A DNA stretch of 64,000 nt from the human T2T-CHM13v2.0 reference genome, Homo sapiens (GCA_009914755.4 CP086569.2:320001-384000), one strand, 5' to 3'. Counted from the stretch's first letter, positions 30,088 to 43,999 are shown. Notes: a model not told the origin generated them from the letters alone. Made by a program: numbers and translations.

Positions 30088-31058
30088 CCCTGCTGCATAG
30101 ACGGCCATCAGGTCCCAGGATGGAGCTGGATTCGAGCCTGCTGTGTAGACACCCATTAGGTCCTGGGACGGAGCTGGATTCGAGTCTGCTGCATAGACGG
30201 CCATTAGGTCCCGGGACGGAGCTGGATTCGAGCCTGCTGTGTAGACAGCCATTAGGTCCTGGGATGGAGTTGGATTCGAGCCTGCTGTGTAGACAGCCAT
30301 TAGGTCCTGGGACAGAGCTGGATTCGAGTCTGCTGCATAGACGGCCATTATGTCCCGGGATGGAGCTGGATTCGAGCCTGCTGTGTAGACAGCCATTAGG
30401 TCCCGGGACAGAGCTGGATTCGAGTCTGCTGCATAGATGGCCATTAGGTCCCGGGATGGAGCTGGATTCGAGCCTGCTGTGTAGACAGCCATTAGGTCCT
30501 GGGATGGAGTTGGATTCGAGCCTGCTGTGTAGACAGCCATTAGGTCCCGGGACGGAGCTGGATTTGAGTCTGCTGCATAGATGGCCATGAGGTCCCAGGA
30601 CGGAGCTGGATTCGAGCCTGCTGTGTAGACATCCATTAGGTCCTGAGACGGAGCTGGATTCAAGTCTGCTGCATAGACGGCCATTAGGTCCCGGGACGCA
30701 GGTGGATCCAAGTCTGCTGCATAGATGGCCATTAGGTCCCAGGATGGAGCTGGATTTGAGTCTGCTGCGTAGATGACCATTAGGTCCTAGTCCCAGGATG
30801 GAGCTGCATAGGAGCCTGCTGTGTAGACAGCCATTAGGTCCCAGTCCCAGGATGGAGCTGGAGTCGAGCCTGCTGTGTAGACAGCCATTAGGTCCCAGTC
30901 CCAGGATGGAGCTGGAGTCAAGCCTGCTGTGTAGACGGCCATTAGGTCCCAGGATGCAGGTACATCCTAGTCTGCTGCATAGACGGCCATTAGGTCCCAG
31001 TCCCAGGATGGAGCTGCATAGGAGCCTGCTGTGTAGACAGCCATTAGGTCCCAGTCCC
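30088..31058. repeat. 48/54-bp minisatellite array B, same family and same orientation as array A, ~19 copies
   Basis: ctgctgcatagacggccatcaggtcccaggatggagctggattcgagcctgctgtgtagac...; generates the 401-aa/273-aa artefact ORFs. Confidence 0.95.
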
Positions 31059-32352
31059 AACACACACAAACCACAGTAAACACATACACTATGCACAACA
31101 CAGATGCCACACCACACACACACAACACATAAAATACACAGTACACACAAAACACATACTGCACACAACACACAGAATACACACTACACACAGCACACAC
31201 AAACCACACTAAACACATATGCTATGCACAACAAAGATGCCACACAACACACACACATAGAACACACAAAATATACACAACACACACAAACCACACTAAA
31301 CACATATGCACAACACAGATGCCACAGAACACACACACATAAAACACGCAAATACATACTATACACAACACAGCACAAACCACACACTGCACACACAAAT
31401 GCACACTACACACAAACCACACAAACCACACTAAACACACACACTCTGCACAGTACAAACACCACACTAAATACACATATACACAAAATACATATGACAC
31501 ACAAAATACATAGAAAAACACAGACTGGCCTCACAAACCACACACACTATGCACAACACAGATGCCACACCACACACACACATATAACACACAAAATACA
31601 CACTACACACAGCACACACAAACCACACTAAACACATATGCACAACACAGATGCCACACAACACGCACACACCCAACACACAAAATACACACTACACACA
31701 ACACACACAAACCACAGTAAACACACACTATGCACAATACAGATACCAGACAACAGACACTTACAACACACAAAATACACACTACACACAACACACACAA
31801 ACCACAGTAAACACATACACTGTGCACAACAGATGCCACACAACACACACACATACAACACACAAAATACACACAAACCACACTAAACACATATTCTGTG
31901 CGCAAAACAGATGCCACATAAAACACACACATGCAACACACAAAATACCTACTACATATACACAACACTAAACACAGACGTTATGCACAACACAGATGCC
32001 ACACAATACACACACAAAACACACAAATACATACTACACACAACACAAACCACACTAAACACACACTGCACCCACAAAATACACATTGCACACAACACAT
32101 GCAAACCACACTAAACACACACTATGCACAATACAGATACCAGACACCACACACTTACAACACAGAAAATACACACTACACACAACACACACAAACCACA
32201 CTAAACACATACACTCTGCACAGGACAGACGTCACACTGAATACACACACATAACACATAATCTACAATTACACGCAACAGACGCAGACGTCGCTAAACA
32301 CACACACTCTGCACAGGACAGACACCACACTAAACACGCACACACACACAAA
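31059..32352. repeat. CA-rich complex tandem repeat (cacacaaaccacactaaacacatatgc.. / acacaaaatacacactacacacaacacacacaaaccacagtaaacaca)
   Basis: ~1.3 kb with almost no G on plus strand, recurring ~60-120-bp units; source of the T/H/K-rich artefact ORFs. Confidence 0.9.
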
Positions 32353-32456
32353 TGTGGTAGGTCACCCCCACATCATGAGCCCCAAGAGCCAGTTGATTTC
32401 TGCCTCAACAACGGTTGATTTGAAGGAACTTACGATGAATTAAGATGTGGACATCT

Positions 32457-32747
32457 GGCCGGGCGCGGTGGCTCACGCCTGTAATCCCAGCACTTTGGGA
32501 GGCCGAGGCGCGTGGTGGTCAGGAGGGTTGGATCCTCATGAATGGGATTCATCCCTTATAAAAGAGACTTCAGGCCGGACGAAGGGGCGCCCACCACGAA
32601 GCCCGGCTAATTTTTTGTATTTTTGGTACAGACGGGGTTTCACCGTGTTGGCCAGGATGGTCTCGATCTCTTGACCTCGTGATCCGCCCTCCTTGGCCTC
32701 CCAAAGCGCTGGGATTACAGGCGTGAGCTACCACACCCAGCTTCTCA
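32457..32747. mobile_element. Rearranged Alu: plus-oriented 5' end (32457-32515), ~70-bp non-Alu insert, then minus-oriented left arm (32585-32747)
   Basis: ggccgggcgcggtggctcacgcctgtaatcccagcactttgggaggccgaggcgcg ... gcccggctaattttttgtatttttggtacagacggggtttcaccgtgttggccaggatggtctcgatctcttgacctcgtgatccgcc...gcgtgagctaccacacccagc. Confidence 0.75.
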
Positions 32748-33163
32748 ATTTTTTAAAACTGAGATTAAGTTTGCATGGCACGCAAGCAATCCTTTCAAAA
32801 GTGAACAGTTCAGGGACGTGTGTGTGCATTTACAATGTTGCTGTACATTTACAATGAGAGGGATTGGGGGTGTGTCTGTTTCATAGGGTTCCTTCTGGGG
32901 GAGCAAAATATTCTAGGAATAGAATTTTCCAGAAGGAAACCTATCAAACAGTCACAGCCCCAATCCCTCTCTCTCAGCCCCTGGCAGTCACAAAGCTCCT
33001 TTCTGTCTCAACGAATTTGTCTGTTCTGCGTTTATTTTTTAATAGACTTGCTTATACATAGAAAAGAATTTCAAAGTTTGGCCACTGCTGTGCTTGCTGC
33101 TGGTGGCTATGGGGTCTTGATACTTCTTAGGATATCCCCCTAGGATAACATCAGGGTTCCTGA

Positions 33164-33784
<621 letters not shown>

Positions 33785-34214
33785 TGATTTATTTTCTTTA
33801 AACAAAGCCCAGGGGCCACCGTGAGATTATGTCACCTCTCTGTGGTGTTTTTCCCCTTTTTATCCAATATATTGCATTCTGAGACACATTTCTAATGTAC
33901 AGAAAGAGATGTTCATGCTTCTTGCACTTTTTTTTCAGAAGTTAACGCTAAATCTATGTGTCTTGGCCTCTTAAAAACAAAACAAAACCAAAAAAACAAA
34001 CCTACACTTCCATAGTTGAAAAACTGGACTGGTTTTGGGTGCTACCACACACGTCTCACAACAAACACAGTTGAGAATCAAGCGACTGTTTCAATAGCTC
34101 ATAAATGGTGGTGAGAAAAGCCTGTTTGTAACCACTTCAGCATTTGAAATTAAACTCATCATTTAAGGATTTCTAAAGGTAATCATTTGGTCAACAACAG
34201 CAAAAAGTATTCCC

Positions 34215-34325
34215 TTTCTTCCCTGCCTCCCTCCTTCCTGTCCTTCCCTCCTTCCTTCCTTCCCTCCTTCCTTCCTTCATTTCTTTCTTTTCTTCTTTCT
34301 CTCTTTCTTTCTTTTTCTTTCCCAC
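34215..34325. repeat. (CCTT)n/(CTTT)n pyrimidine microsatellite
   Basis: ccctgcctccctccttcctgtccttccctccttccttccttccctccttccttccttcatttctttcttttcttc. Confidence 0.9.
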
Positions 34326-34394
34326 AGGGAAAGGGGCGCCGTGAATGTAGCCCATATAGACCTAGAAGAGAGATGATCAGCTATCATCTCTCTC

Positions 34395-35570
34395 TCTTTC
34401 TCTATCTATTAATCTATCTATATATCTTACCTATCGATGTATCTATTATATCTATGTATCTATATCTATTTATGTATTCTATGTATCTATTTTATCTATG
34501 TATCTATATCTATTGTATGTATCTATTATATCTATGTATCTATATCTATTTATGTATTCTATGTATCTATTTTATCTATGTATCTATATCTATTGTATGT
34601 ATCTATTATATCTATGTATCTATATCTATTTATGTATTCTATGTATCTATTTTATCTATGTATCTATATCTATTTATTCTATGTATCTATTATATCTATG
34701 TATGTATATCTATTTATGTATTCTATGTATCTATTTATCTATATCTATTCTATGTATCTATTATATCTATGTATCCATATCTATTTAATGTATTCTATGT
34801 ATCTATTTTATCTATTTATCTATATCTATTGTATGTATCTATTATATCTATGTATCTATATCTATTTATGTATTCTATGTATCTATTTTATCTATTTATC
34901 TATATCTATTGTATGTATCTATTATATCTATGTATCTATATCTATTTATGTATTCTATGTATCTATTTTATCTATGTATCTATATCTATTGTATGTATCT
35001 ATTATATCTATGTATCTATATCTATTTATGTATTCTATGTATCTATTTTATCTATGTATCTATATCTATTTATTCTATGTATCTATTATATCTATGTATC
35101 TATATCTATTTATGTATTCTATGTATCTATTTATCTATATCTATTCTATGTATCTATTATATCTATGTATCCATATCTATGTATTCTATGTATCTATTTT
35201 ATCTATTTATCTATATCTATTTATTCTATGTATCTATTATATCTATGTATCTATATCTATTCTATGTATCTATTATATTTATCTATGTATCTATGTATGT
35301 ATGTATCATCTATCTTATCATGTATTTATTATATCTATTATCTATCTTATCTATCATCTATCTATTGCATCTATTATCTATCATCTATTATATCTATTTA
35401 TATCTATCATCTATGTATCTATTATATCTATCATCTATCTTATCTATCATCTATTATATCTATCATCTCTCATCTATGTATCTATGTATTATATCTATCT
35501 ATCATCTATCCATCTATCTATGTATGTATGTATCTGTCTATTATCTATCTATCCATCTATCTATCATCCA
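34395..35570. repeat. Complex (TATC/TCTA/ATCT)-based tandem repeat with ~60-bp higher units
   Basis: tatctatgtatctatatctatttatgtattctatgtatctattttatctatg... for ~1.2 kb, degenerating to atctatcatctat units; source of the Y/I/L/S-rich artefact ORFs 34187..35867. Confidence 0.95.
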
Positions 35571-36393
35571 ACTGGATTATCAATATCCGTGCTCCCACAC
35601 ATATTTCACTCTCTCTCTCTCTCAACCTTGCCAAAAGCAGGCAGAACGCAGCAGGAAGTGACTCCCTCCCGATCCTTTGCCCCAAGGGGCAGACACCCAC
35701 CCGTAGGAAGCTGCATTCCTGGGGTCTGTGGTCATGTCACCGTTAGCAATGTGGTACCTGGGCTGGACAAGAGAGTCAATTTACGGCTCTTTTGTGCTGA
35801 ATATCAGAAAAGCCGATCATTCAATTATCTCAGCGTTACCTTTCACTGGCATTATTTCATTCCTTGAAATGGCTTTTCATTCCAATTATAGGTTTTCATG
35901 GAGAAATTGTTGGATAATGTAATAATATTTGCCTCTTGCCGTCCTCTGAGGGCGATGATGAATGTTTAATAAGACACCAAAGTTGCAAAACCATTATGCA
36001 CTTCTCAAAAGAGAGATGCCATATAAATGAATAATAAGAATAAATTATGCAACTGTATTGGGTAGAAAAAAAAATCAATTACTCTTCTTCTAGTGGCCAG
36101 TGATCTACTTTATATGCTGGATTTTAGAGTTAATTAATTAAGTTACGTCCTGTATTAAAAAAACAAACGTGTCAGCTTTTTTACAGTTTTTTGCTTTTCC
36201 TGCCCTAATAGCGTGATGGTTCTATGGGGTGAGGTCCCCTACATCCTGATTGAAATGAACGATTTCCCGGTGAAGCTCCGAGTTTCCACTGGAGGGAAAA
36301 TGGTGACTGTCTCAAGAATTAGCCTGGGAGACCCTGAAGAGCTTCAGAATATGCCACCAAAAAAAAAAAAATACATATATATATATTGCAGGG

Positions 36394-36693
36394 GCCAGGT
36401 GGGGTGGCTCATGGCTATAATCCCAGCACTTTGGGAGGCCGAGGCAGGTGGATCAGGAGGTCAGGAGTTCAAGACCAGCCTGGCCAAGATGGTGAAACCC
36501 TGTCTCTACTAAAAATACCAAAAAATTAACCAGGCGTGGTGGCAGGCATCTGTAATCCCAGCTACTCGGGAGGCTGAGGGAGAGGATTGTTTGAACCTGG
36601 GAGGTGGAGGTTGCAGTGAGCCGAGATCACGCCATTGCACTCCAGCCTGGGTGACAGAGCGAGACTCTGTCTCAAAAAAAGAAAAAAAAAAAA
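36394..36693 (+). mobile_element. Alu SINE (plus)
   Basis: ggccaggtggggtggctcatggctataatcccagcactttgggaggccgaggcaggtggatcaggaggtcaggagttcaagaccagcctggccaagatggtgaaaccctgtctctac...gagcgagactctgtctcaaaaaaag. Confidence 0.95.
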
Positions 36694-37009
36694 GCAACAG
36701 CTACGGAGGCTAAAAGGTCCCCTCCTTCTGTGTTTAACTGGGAATGTCGGCAACCTTTACACATGATTTGTTTTCTCTGAGGTTGATTAGGAAATGGAAG
36801 CCACCTCATCCATGGAACTTACTCCAAAACTCTAATACTCAACATAGGAAGAGCTTGGAGCCGATGGTCTGTTGGGAACTAGGTCATTACTCCCCTTGTT
36901 TTCTCTAACCTTATCCAATTTTCCCGGTTATTCCAAGCTCAGAGAAGGAGGGACCTTCGGAAATGATGCTACAACTGAGTGACTTCCCTCTAGTCATAGA
37001 AAACTGTTG

Positions 37010-37325
37010 TTTTTGTTTTTTGGGTTTTTTTGCAAGACACGGTCTCACTCCGCTGCCCACGCTGGAGCACAGTGGTGCAATCATGGCTCGTTGGAACTTC
37101 GAACTCCTGGGCTCAAGTGATCCTCCCACCTCAGCCTCCAGAGTAGCTGGGACCACAGGTGTGCACCACCATGCCTGGCAATTTTTTTGTTTTATTTATT
37201 TATTTTTTTTAGAGACAGTCTTGCCTTGTTGCTGAAGCTGGTTTTGAACTCCTGACCTCAAGTGATCTGCCTGCCTCAGCCTCCCAAAGTGTTGGGATGA
37301 CAGGCATGAGCCACCACTCGGGCTA
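37010..37325 (-). mobile_element. Alu SINE (minus), diverged (AluJ-like)
   Basis: gcaagacacggtctcactccgctgcccacgctggagcacagtggtgcaatcatggctcgttggaacttcgaactcctgggctcaagtgatcctcccacctcagcc... then left arm ...gacaggcatgagccaccactcgggc. Confidence 0.85.
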
Positions 37326-37839
37326 TAAAACCAATTTTGAAAAGAGGTGTTGTGTGAACAACCAGCAGTTGAATTACCTGCCAAAGACAACCTTTTGCTT
37401 CTCTTTACCTAGGGGTGGCCCTGGGGTCCAATCTCAGCCAATGGAACGGAAGGTAAATATACAAGAGGAGGTGTGGCTAGCACGGCCCCTCCACCTCTAC
37501 TCCGCTCCTGTCTCTGAGTGTGGCTGTGATGCCCGGATCAGCAGCAGCCTCCTTGCAACCTTGAGGCCACGTGGTGGTGAACAGAAAGGACCTCGGTTAC
37601 TTGTGGTGTAACTTGAGGCTGCCGTCTTGTGAGTCAGGTGCCTCGTGTTTTATTTTTTACAAGAGTTGTGTTTCTTTCCAAAGATGATTTTGGATTAGAG
37701 AGAAAGAGAGAGAGAGAGAGACAGTAGCGTGTCTGGGTCAGATTTTTACAAAATATCACTACTTAAGATACCAACGTAGAAATGAGCCAGCGTCCAAGTC
37801 CTGTTCATATATTTTGGCCAACTTTCTTTTTTTCAGTTT

Positions 37840-38640
37840 TTGTTTGTGTGTTTGTTTTATTTTACTTTAAGTTCTGGGGTATGTGTGCAGAACGGGCAGG
37901 TTTGTTACATACGTATACACATGCCATGGTGGTTTTCTGCACCCATCAACCCATCATCTACATTAGGTATTTTTCCTAATGCTCTCCCTCCCCTATCCCC
38001 CCACCCCCTGACAGGCCCTGGTGTGTGATGTTCCCCTCCCTGTGTCCATGTGTTCTCATTGTTCGACTCCCACTTATGAGTGACAACATGCGGTGTTTGG
38101 TTTTCTGTTTCTGTGTTAGTTTGCTGAGAATGATGGTTTCCAGCTTCATCCATGTCCCTGCAAAGGACATGAACTCCTCCTTTTTGATGGCTGCATAGTA
38201 TTCCATGGTGTCTCTGTGCCACGTTTTCTTTCTCCAGTCTATTATTGATGGGCATTTGGGTTGGTTCCAAATCTTTGCTGTTGTGAATAGTGCCGCAATA
38301 AACATACGTGTGCATGTGTCTTTATAGCAGGATGATTTATAATCCTTTGGGTATATACCCAGTGATGGGATGGCTGGGTCAAATGGTATTTCTGGTTCTA
38401 GATCCCTGAGGAATCGCCACACTGTCTTCCATAATGGTTGAACTAGTTTACAGTCCCACCAACAGTGTAAAAGTGTTCCTATTTCTCCACATCCTCTCCA
38501 GCACCTGTTGTTTCCTGACTTTTTAATGATCGCCCTTCTAACTGGTGTGAGGTGGTATCTCATTGTGGTTTTGATTTGCATTTCTCTGATGACCAGTGAT
38601 GATGAGCTTTTTTTTCACATGTTTGTTTGGCCAACTTTTT
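37840..38640 (-). mobile_element. L1 LINE 3' end (minus; ORF2 C-terminus + 3' UTR), 5'-truncated
   Basis: ORF 37976..38581(-) translates to the L1 ORF2p C-terminus (..[79 protein letters not shown]..); the nucleotide sequence matches the reverse-complemented L1 3' UTR (tttactttaagttctggggtatgtgtgcagaacgggcaggtttgttacatacgtatacacatgccatggtgg). Confidence 0.95.
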
Positions 38641-38689
38641 GATATGTTTAGATATTAGGACCAAGATATCTTCTTCTTCTTATTATTAT

Positions 38690-39407
<718 letters not shown>

Positions 39408-40212
39408 TCATAACCCAGGAACGTTTCCCCAAGGACCTGGGAGCCACCTCTTTTCAAATGAGATCATGAAGGAGGAAAACGCCCCTAGCTCCAGTGTCTG
39501 GGGACGAGAAGGGTCTAAGTTGTCACCTGACTCGAGATTGCAAAAGCCAGCTAAGGCAATGGGCTGTACACACTTACATCTAGCGAAGGGTGAGATTGCT
39601 TCGTGTCATTACAACCTCTTTAGTGAATTGCTTGTGATAGGCTTGGCATTCTGGTTTGATGCTGGTTCCACAATAAAATCATTTTCTTTTCTCTTTTACC
39701 TTCGTGGTGAGGTCCCCGGGGTTGGCAGATTTTGCTTTTAATGATATTTCTTCAACGCTGTCTCCACCAAGACCTTCAAATCCTTCCGGAGGCAGAGGGC
39801 CCTTGAGGATTCTCGGAGGCTTGAACGGAAATTCTCTACAAAGACCTTGCAAAGCCCTACCCAAGGCGGAGAAGATGAAATATCTGTTAATATGATTGTC
39901 ATGACAATGTTTTCAGAGATTCCTTCCTTTTGGCAGGATATTTACAGTATCTCAGTGTTCAGATTCCAACGAACGCTGTTTCTATCTGTGTCTTAATAAG
40001 CCCAGTTGCGCAGAAGGACGTGGCACCCAGAGAGAGCTTGATAAACGTTGGGTTTTTTGACTGTCCTTGGCATTTGATCTTTGACAGGCAAGCGGGCGTG
40101 CAGGTAGGTGGTGTCCACGGGGCGGCCAGCTCAGCAGTGATGCTTGTCCCGTGCTCAGCTGTGGCCTGAATGTCTGTGTTACCCAAATTCCTGTGTTGAA
40201 ATTGTCTCCCCA

Positions 40213-40816
40213 TCCTTAGTTCAACCATTGTGGAAGACAGTGTGGTGATTCCTCAAGGATCTACAACCAGAAATATCATTTGACCCAGCAATTTCATTAC
40301 TGGGTATATACCCAAAGGATTGTAAATCATTCTCCTATAAAGACACATGTGCACGTATGTTTTTGCGGCACTGTTCACAATAGCAAAGACTTGGAACCAA
40401 TCCAAATGCGCATCAATGACAGACTGGATGAAGAAAATGTGGCACATACACACCATGGAATACTATGCAGCCATGAAAAAGGATGAGTTCATGTCCTTTG
40501 CAGGGACATGGATGAAGCTGGAAACCATCATTCTCAGCAAATTCACACAGGAACAGAAAACCAAACACCGCATGTTCTCACCCATAAGTGGGAGTTGAAC
40601 AATGAGAACACATGGACACAGGGAGGGGAACATCACACACCAGGGCCTGTCAGGGGGTTGGGGGAAGGTGAGGGAGAGCATTAGGAGAAACACCTAATGT
40701 AGACGACGGGTTGATGGGTGCAGAAAACCACCATGGCACGTGTATACCTATGTAACCAACCTGCACGTTCTGCACATGTACCCCAGAACTTAAAGTATAA
40801 TAAAAAAAAAAAAAAG
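40213..40816 (+). mobile_element. L1 LINE 3' end (plus; ORF2 C-terminus + 3' UTR + poly-A), 5'-truncated
   Basis: ttcaaccattgtggaagacagtgtggtgattcctcaaggatctac...; ORF 40347..40598(+) = ..[69 protein letters not shown]; ends ..gtaccccagaacttaaagtataataaaaaaaaaaaaa. Confidence 0.95.
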
Positions 40817-40844
40817 GAAAGAAATCCTCTCTCCAAAGTTGATG

Positions 40845-41070
40845 ATATTGGGAGGTGGGGTCTTTGGGAGGTGAGGAGGTCATAGGGTTGGAGGCTCATG
40901 GCTGGGATGACTGCCCTTATAAAAGGGTCGCCGGGGAGGCCCCTTCCACCACGTGAGGGCACAGAGAGAAGGCGCTGTCTATGAAGCAGGAGGCCTTTCC
41001 ATACACACAGAACCCACCACACCTGGATCTTTGTCTTCCAGCCTCCAGAGCTCTGAGCGGTAAATGTCTG
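40845..41070. mobile_element. Fragment resembling a widespread ancient interspersed repeat family (motifs gggaggtggggtctttgggaggtga..cccttataaaag..ccaccacgtgagggcacagagagaaggc..cttccagcctccagagctctgag); exact family not named
   Basis: Motif string is a recognisable recurrent human repeat; classification from memory only. Confidence 0.4.
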
Positions 41071-41159
41071 CGGTTTCTAAGTTAGCCCCTGTGTTCTGTT
41101 CTGGGATAGCCGCAGCCCCAGCCGGCTGGGGTAAGAGAGATAAGAGACCACCTGTGGCC

Positions 41160-43935
41160 CCTCTCCCTGCAACCCCTTTCCCTGTGGGAGCAGGAGCTCC
41201 TTCCCTCTCCCTGCAGCCCCTTTCCCTGTGGGAGCAGGAGCTCCTTCCCTCTCCCTGCATCCCCTTTCCCTGTGGGAGTGAGAGCTCCTTCCCTCTCCCT
41301 GCATCCCCTTTCCCTGTGGGAGTGAGAGCTCCTTCCCTCTCCCTGCATCCCCTTTCCCTGTGGGAGTGAGAGCTCCTTCCCTCTCCCTGCATCCCCTTTC
41401 CCTGTGGGAGCAGGAGCTCCTTCCCTCTCCCTGCATCCCCTTTCCCTGTGGGAGCAGGAGCTCCTTCCCTCTCCCTGCAGCCCCTTTCCCTGTGGGAGCA
41501 GGAGCTCCTTCCCTCTCCCTGCATCCCCTTTCCCTGTGGGAGCAGGAGCTCCTTCCCTCTCCCTGCAGCCCCTTTCCCTGTGGGAGTGAGAGCTCCTTCC
41601 CTCTCCCTGCAGCCCCTTTCCCTGTGGGAGTGAGAGCTCCTTCCCTCTCCCTGCATCCCCTTTCCCTGTGGGAGCAGGAGCTCCTTCCCTCTCCCTGCAT
41701 CCCCTTTCCCTGTGGGAGCAGGAGCTCCTTCCCTCTCCCTGCAGCCCCTTTCCCTGTGGGAGCAGGAGCTCCTTCCCTCTCCCTGCATCCCCTTTCCCTG
41801 TGGGAGTGAGAGCTCCTTCCCTCTCCCTGCATCCCCTTTCCCTGTGGGAGTGAGAGCTCCTTCCCTCTCCCTGCATCCCCTTTCCCTGTGGGAGTGAGAG
41901 CTCCTTCCCTCTCCCTGCATCCCCTTTCCCTGTGGGAGCAGGAGCTCCTTCCCTCTCCCTGCATCCCCTTTCCCTGTGGGAGTGAGAGCTCCTTCCCTCT
42001 CCCTGCAGCCCCTTTCCCTGTGGGAGCAGGAGCTCCTTCCCTCTGCCTGCATCCCCTTTCCCTGTGGGAGTGAGAGCTCCTTCCCTCTCCCTGCAGCCCC
42101 TTTCCCTGTGGGAGTGAGAGCTCCTTCCCTCTCCCTGCATCCCCTTTCCCTGTGGGAGTGAGAGCTCCTTCCCTCTCCCTGCAGCCCCTTTCCCTGTGGG
42201 AGCAGGAGCTCCTTCCCTCTCCCTGCAGCCCCTTTCCCTGTGGGAGTGAGAGCTCCTTCCCTCTCCCTGCATCCCCTTTCCCTGTGGGAGTGAGAGCTCC
42301 TTCCCTCTCCCTGCAGCCCCTTTCCCTGTGGGAGTGAGAGCTCCTTCCCTCTCCCTGCATCCCCTTTCCCTGTGGGAGTGAGAGCTCCTTCCCTCTCCCT
42401 GCAGCCCCTTTCCCTGTGGGAGCAGGAGCTCCTTCCCTCTCCCTGCATCCCCTTTCCCTGTGGGAGTGAGAGCTCCTTCCCTCTCCCTGCATCCCCTTTC
42501 CCTGTGGGAGTGAGAGCTCCTTCCCTCTCCCTGCAGCCCCTTTCCCTGTGGGAGCAGGAGCTCCTTCCCTCTCCCTGCATCCCCTTTCCCTGTGGGAGTG
42601 AGAGCTCCTTCCCTCTCCCTGCAGCCCCTTTCCCTGTGGGAGTGAGAGCTCCTTCCCTCTCCCTGCATCCCCTTTCCCTGTGGGAGCAGGAGCTCCTTCC
42701 CTCTCCCTGCAGCCCCTTTCCCTGTGGGAGCAGGAGCTCCTTCCCTCTCCCTGCATCCCCTTTCCCTGTGGGAGTGAGAGCTCCTTCCCTCTCCCTGCAT
42801 CCCCTTTCCCTGTGGGAGTGAGAGCTCCTTCCCTCTCCCTGCAGCCCCTTTCCCTGTGGGAGCAGGAGCTCCTTCCCTCTCCCTGCATCCCCTTTCCCTG
42901 TGGGAGTGAGAGCTCCTTCCCTCTCCCTGCATCCCCTTTCCCTGTGGGAGTGAGAGCTCCTTCCCTCTCCCTGCAGCCCCTTTCCCTGTGGGAGTGAGAG
43001 CTCCTTCCCTCTCCCTGCATCCCCTTTCCCTGTGGGAGTGAGAGCTCCTTCCCTCTCCCTGCAGCCCCTTTCCCTGTGGGAGCAGGAGCTCCTTCCCTCT
43101 CCCTGCATCCCCTTTCCCTGTGGGAGTGAAAGCTCCTTCCCTCTCCCTGCATCCCCTTTCCCTGTGGGAGTGAGAGCTCCTTCCCTCTCCCTGCAGCCCC
43201 TTTCCCTGTGGGAGCAGGAGCTCCTTCCCTCTCCCTGCATCCCCTTTCCCTGTGGGAGTGAGAGCTCCTTCCCTCTCCCTGCATCCCCTTTCCCTGTGGG
43301 AGTGAGAGCTCCTTCCCTCTCCCTGCAGCCCCTTTCCCTGTGGGAGTGAGAGCTCCTTCCCTCTCCCTGCATCCCCTTTCCCTGTGGGAGCAGGAGCTCC
43401 TTCCCTCTCCCTGCATCCCCTTTCCCTGTGGGAGCAGGAGCTCCTTCCCTCTCCCTGCATCCCCTTTCCCTGTGGGAGTGAGAGCTCCTTCCCTCTCCCT
43501 GCATCCCCTTTCCCTGTGGGAGTGAGAGCTCCTTCCCTCTCCCTGCAGCCCCTTTCCCTGTGGGAGCAGGAGCTCCTTCCCTCTCCCTGCATCCCCTTTC
43601 CCTGTGGGAGTGAGAGCTCCTTCCCTCTCCCTGCATCCCCTTTCCCTGTGGGAGTGAGAGCTCCTTCCCTCTCCCTGCAGCCCCTTTCCCTGTGGGAGTG
43701 AGAGCTCCTTCCCTCTCCCTGCATCCCCTTTCCCTGTGGGAGCAGGAGCTCCTTCCCTCTCCCTGCATCCCCTTTCCCTGTGGGAGCAGGAGCTCCTTCC
43801 CTCTCCCTGCATCCCCTTTCCCTGTGGGAGTGAGAGCTCCTTCCCTCTCCCTGCATCCCCTTTCCCTGTGGGAGCAGGAGCTCCTTCCCTCTCCCTGCAT
43901 CCCCTTTCCCTGTGGGAGCAGGAGCTCCTTCCTCC
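41160..43935. repeat. 44-bp minisatellite (ctccttccctctccctgca[t/g]cccctttccctgtgggag[tgag/cagg]ag), ~63 copies
   Basis: Very regular 44-bp periodicity with two biallelic unit variants; minus strand G/A-rich; produces the 1055/960/951-aa minus ORFs with 44-aa (132-bp = 3 units) protein periodicity. Confidence 0.95.
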
Positions 43936-43999
43936 ACTGAAGAGATGAAGGGTCTCCACTCTGGCTTTTAGCAGGGGCAGAGGTTGCAGGTTCTGTGGG

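Noticed and set aside
26814-31171. 669-aa, 646-aa, 401-aa and 273-aa minus-strand ORFs (MAVYTAGSNAAPSQDL.. repeats) and numerous plus-strand ORFs
   Set aside because: 48/54-bp unit lengths are multiples of three, so reading frames stay open through the two minisatellite arrays. There is no non-repeat coding sequence.
37976-38581. 201-aa ORF and similar ORFs at 40347-40598 and 48461-48832
   Set aside because: These are real protein similarity, but to the L1 ORF2p C-terminus. They are parts of 5'-truncated L1 elements, not independent host genes.
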